A stretch of 14,940 nt of DNA. Origin: a virus. The translations under genes were made by a program, and so were the position numbers. Of this stretch, positions 13,710-14,940 are shown piece by piece. The number at the start of each line of letters is the position of its first letter. Position 1 is the first letter of the stretch. The notes below the pieces were generated by a model. The model was given only the letters and a program-made list of their open reading frames with translations, searched no databases and had not been told where the DNA came from. The stretch spans positions 1 through 14,940 of IMG/VR virus record IMGVR_UViG_3300032225_000936; one strand, written 5' to 3'.

Positions 13710-14829
13710 TTGGTGTGCTTCCTCTTGGTGCTAGGTCTTCCATTTGTCGGGCTTCGTCTATTGAAATTATTCCTGCGTCCAATAGTTTTACTATGGTGTC
13801 TACGCGCTCTGTTGGGTTTCCGCGTAGAAAGTCGTCCAGTTCAAACTCTACGTACTGGCCACGTGGGGTAATGTCGTCCTGACTTAGGCGGCTTTCCACT
13901 ACGTCTAAGTAAATGCGTAGGCTGAAATCTACAAGGCTTCGACGCTCTGCGGAAACGTTGCTATATGTGGCGCTGGCGCTTTCGGCGTTGATGTACCACG
14001 CTGGTATGCCTACGGCTCTGGCAATTTCGCTAGCCGTGTAGGCCCGGGCTTCCACTAGCTGTAATTGGGCGCTGTCGAACCCGACTATATCCAAGTTAAT
14101 TGGGCCCTCAACATAGGCGGTTGATCTAGTGCGGCGTGCTTGTTTGAAAGCGTTTAATAGGCTTTCTTTTTGGTCCTCTGGTAAATTCATACCTTCGTTG
14201 CGTAATACCATTTGCGGTACTGGTTCCATAGCCATACGCAAGGCTGCGTTTTCTAATTCAATAGCGGTTTTAATGGTTCGCCCAGCCCGATTAAGTAGGC
14301 CCTCGTCTGGTCCCCAAAATACAATTAGTGAGCCAATACCGTTAAAGGGTACGCCTACACCGTCTACGGTCCATTGTTGGATTACTTGGGTGTTTGGGTC
14401 TGTACGCATTGTTACGCGTGTTGGGTCTACACGTCGGCCGTTACTTATGCGCCCGTCCTCTAGTGTGACGCTTAAAACTTGTAAATAGGCGACGCCGTAG
14501 AATAAAAGGTCGTCCAATATCCAAGCCAGCGTATTTGATCGCGGTAATGCTGGGTCTGGCTGTTTGATAAATGGACGGTTAGGAATTTGTGTTTCGGTGT
14601 TTTCCTGATAAGTGGAAAGCGGCAGCGTAGCTATTGTTCCTGCAATAATGTTTCTGGCCCGGGCTATTGCCGGTACTGTCATAGCGTCAGCACGTGAAAC
14701 TAGGGCATAATTGGCCCAGCCCATATTATTTACGTACGGTTCTATTGTGTTGGATACGGCCGCGGTAACGTCAGCGTTACGCATAGGTGCTAACTCTGTT
14801 TGTAAACGAAATGCACTAAATAGGCCCAC
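13702..14829 (-). CDS. Portal protein (HK97 family)
   Basis: 375 aa with typical Phage_portal blocks (TVPAIARARNIIAGTIATLPL, FYGVAYL, SEIARAVGIPAWYI, FELDDFLRGNPTERVD, IISIDEARQMEDLAP). The GTG start at 14829 is the first possible start after an in-frame TAA and lies inside the terminal repeat. No SD is visible. Confidence 0.9.
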   Translation of the reverse strand: MGLFSAFRLQTELAPMRNADVTAAVSNTIEPYVNNMGWANYALVSRADAMTVPAIARARNIIAGTIATLPLSTYQENTETQIPNRPFIKQPDPALPRSNTLAWILDDLLFYGVAYLQVLSVTLEDGRISNGRRVDPTRVTMRTDPNTQVIQQWTVDGVGVPFNGIGSLIVFWGPDEGLLNRAGRTIKTAIELENAALRMAMEPVPQMVLRNEGMNLPEDQKESLLNAFKQARRTRSTAYVEGPINLDIVGFDSAQLQLVEARAYTASEIARAVGIPAWYINAESASATYSNVSAERRSLVDFSLRIYLDVVESRLSQDDITPRGQYVEFELDDFLRGNPTERVDTIVKLLDAGIISIDEARQMEDLAPRGSTPNE

Positions 14830-14940
14830 GTGCTTATTTTAAGGGTTTATAGCACATAGGCATAATAATTTTGTTTTATTGTGGCTGTTTTGGCGTGTTG
14901 TTTAGTTATGAAATTCTGTAAGTAAAAAAAGCTGTACCGG
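14818..14940. repeat. Right copy of the 123-bp terminal direct repeat (= 1..123)
   Basis: Identical to 1..123. This implies a 14,817-bp unit genome. Confidence 0.95.

Noticed and set aside
14818-14940. The 123-bp end repeat read as a genuine virion direct terminal repeat.
   Set aside because: This is not excluded. However, the repeat cuts through two coding sequences (the fibre 3' end and the portal 5' end), and the HNH plus P27-type TerS context points to cos packaging. An assembly overlap of a circular or concatemeric molecule is the simpler reading. Read-level terminus analysis is needed to decide.
1-14940. A search for CRISPR arrays, integrase/attP, transposase or IS ends, toxin-antitoxin pairs or known defence or anti-defence cassettes.
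   Set aside because: No spaced direct-repeat arrays were found, and no tyrosine/serine recombinase or DDE motifs appear in any ORF. The only repeat longer than about 10 bp noticed is the terminal 123-mer. Nothing supports such calls.

Overview
This window appears to be one complete genome of a very small tailed dsDNA phage with an HK97-fold capsid and a non-contractile-tail gene set. Bases 1..123 are repeated exactly at 14818..14940, so the non-redundant unit is 14,817 bp and closes on itself. That fits a circular or concatemer assembly overlap, or a short terminal repeat. All credible genes (about 27) are on the minus strand and tightly packed, with many 1-4 nt stop/start overlaps (TAATG, ATGA, GTGA, TAGTG). 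In transcription order around the circle there is an early module at 6311->4304. It holds an Xis/MerR-type HTH protein, a 2-TM protein, a Myb/HTH-like protein, a Rad52/Sak-like annealing protein and three tiny ORFs, one of them a Zn ribbon. Next comes the largest non-coding, inverted-repeat-rich region (about 4303->3935). The late operon follows: small ORF, HNH endonuclease, TerS, TerL, a 113-aa protein, a collagen/CBM-like tail fibre, then (across the junction) portal, a prohead-protease::major-capsid fusion and a head-tail connector. It continues with a tail-terminator-like protein, major tail protein, a chaperone with a candidate -1 frameshift, an HK97-gp10-like protein, tape measure, a Dit-like protein, an RBP-like protein, an M23 peptidase and a holin-like protein. 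I see no integrase, repressor, DNA polymerase, primase, helicase, tRNA or CRISPR array. All plus-strand ORFs in the track lie antisense inside stronger minus-strand genes and are not called. The main points of interest are the genome size and compaction and the protease-capsid fusion. Others are the fibre module sitting between terminase and portal, the recoding site that explains a 102-nt gap, and the structured non-coding region upstream of HNH-TerS-TerL. Functional calls rest on motifs recognised by eye. No database search was run and the host cannot be determined from the sequence alone.
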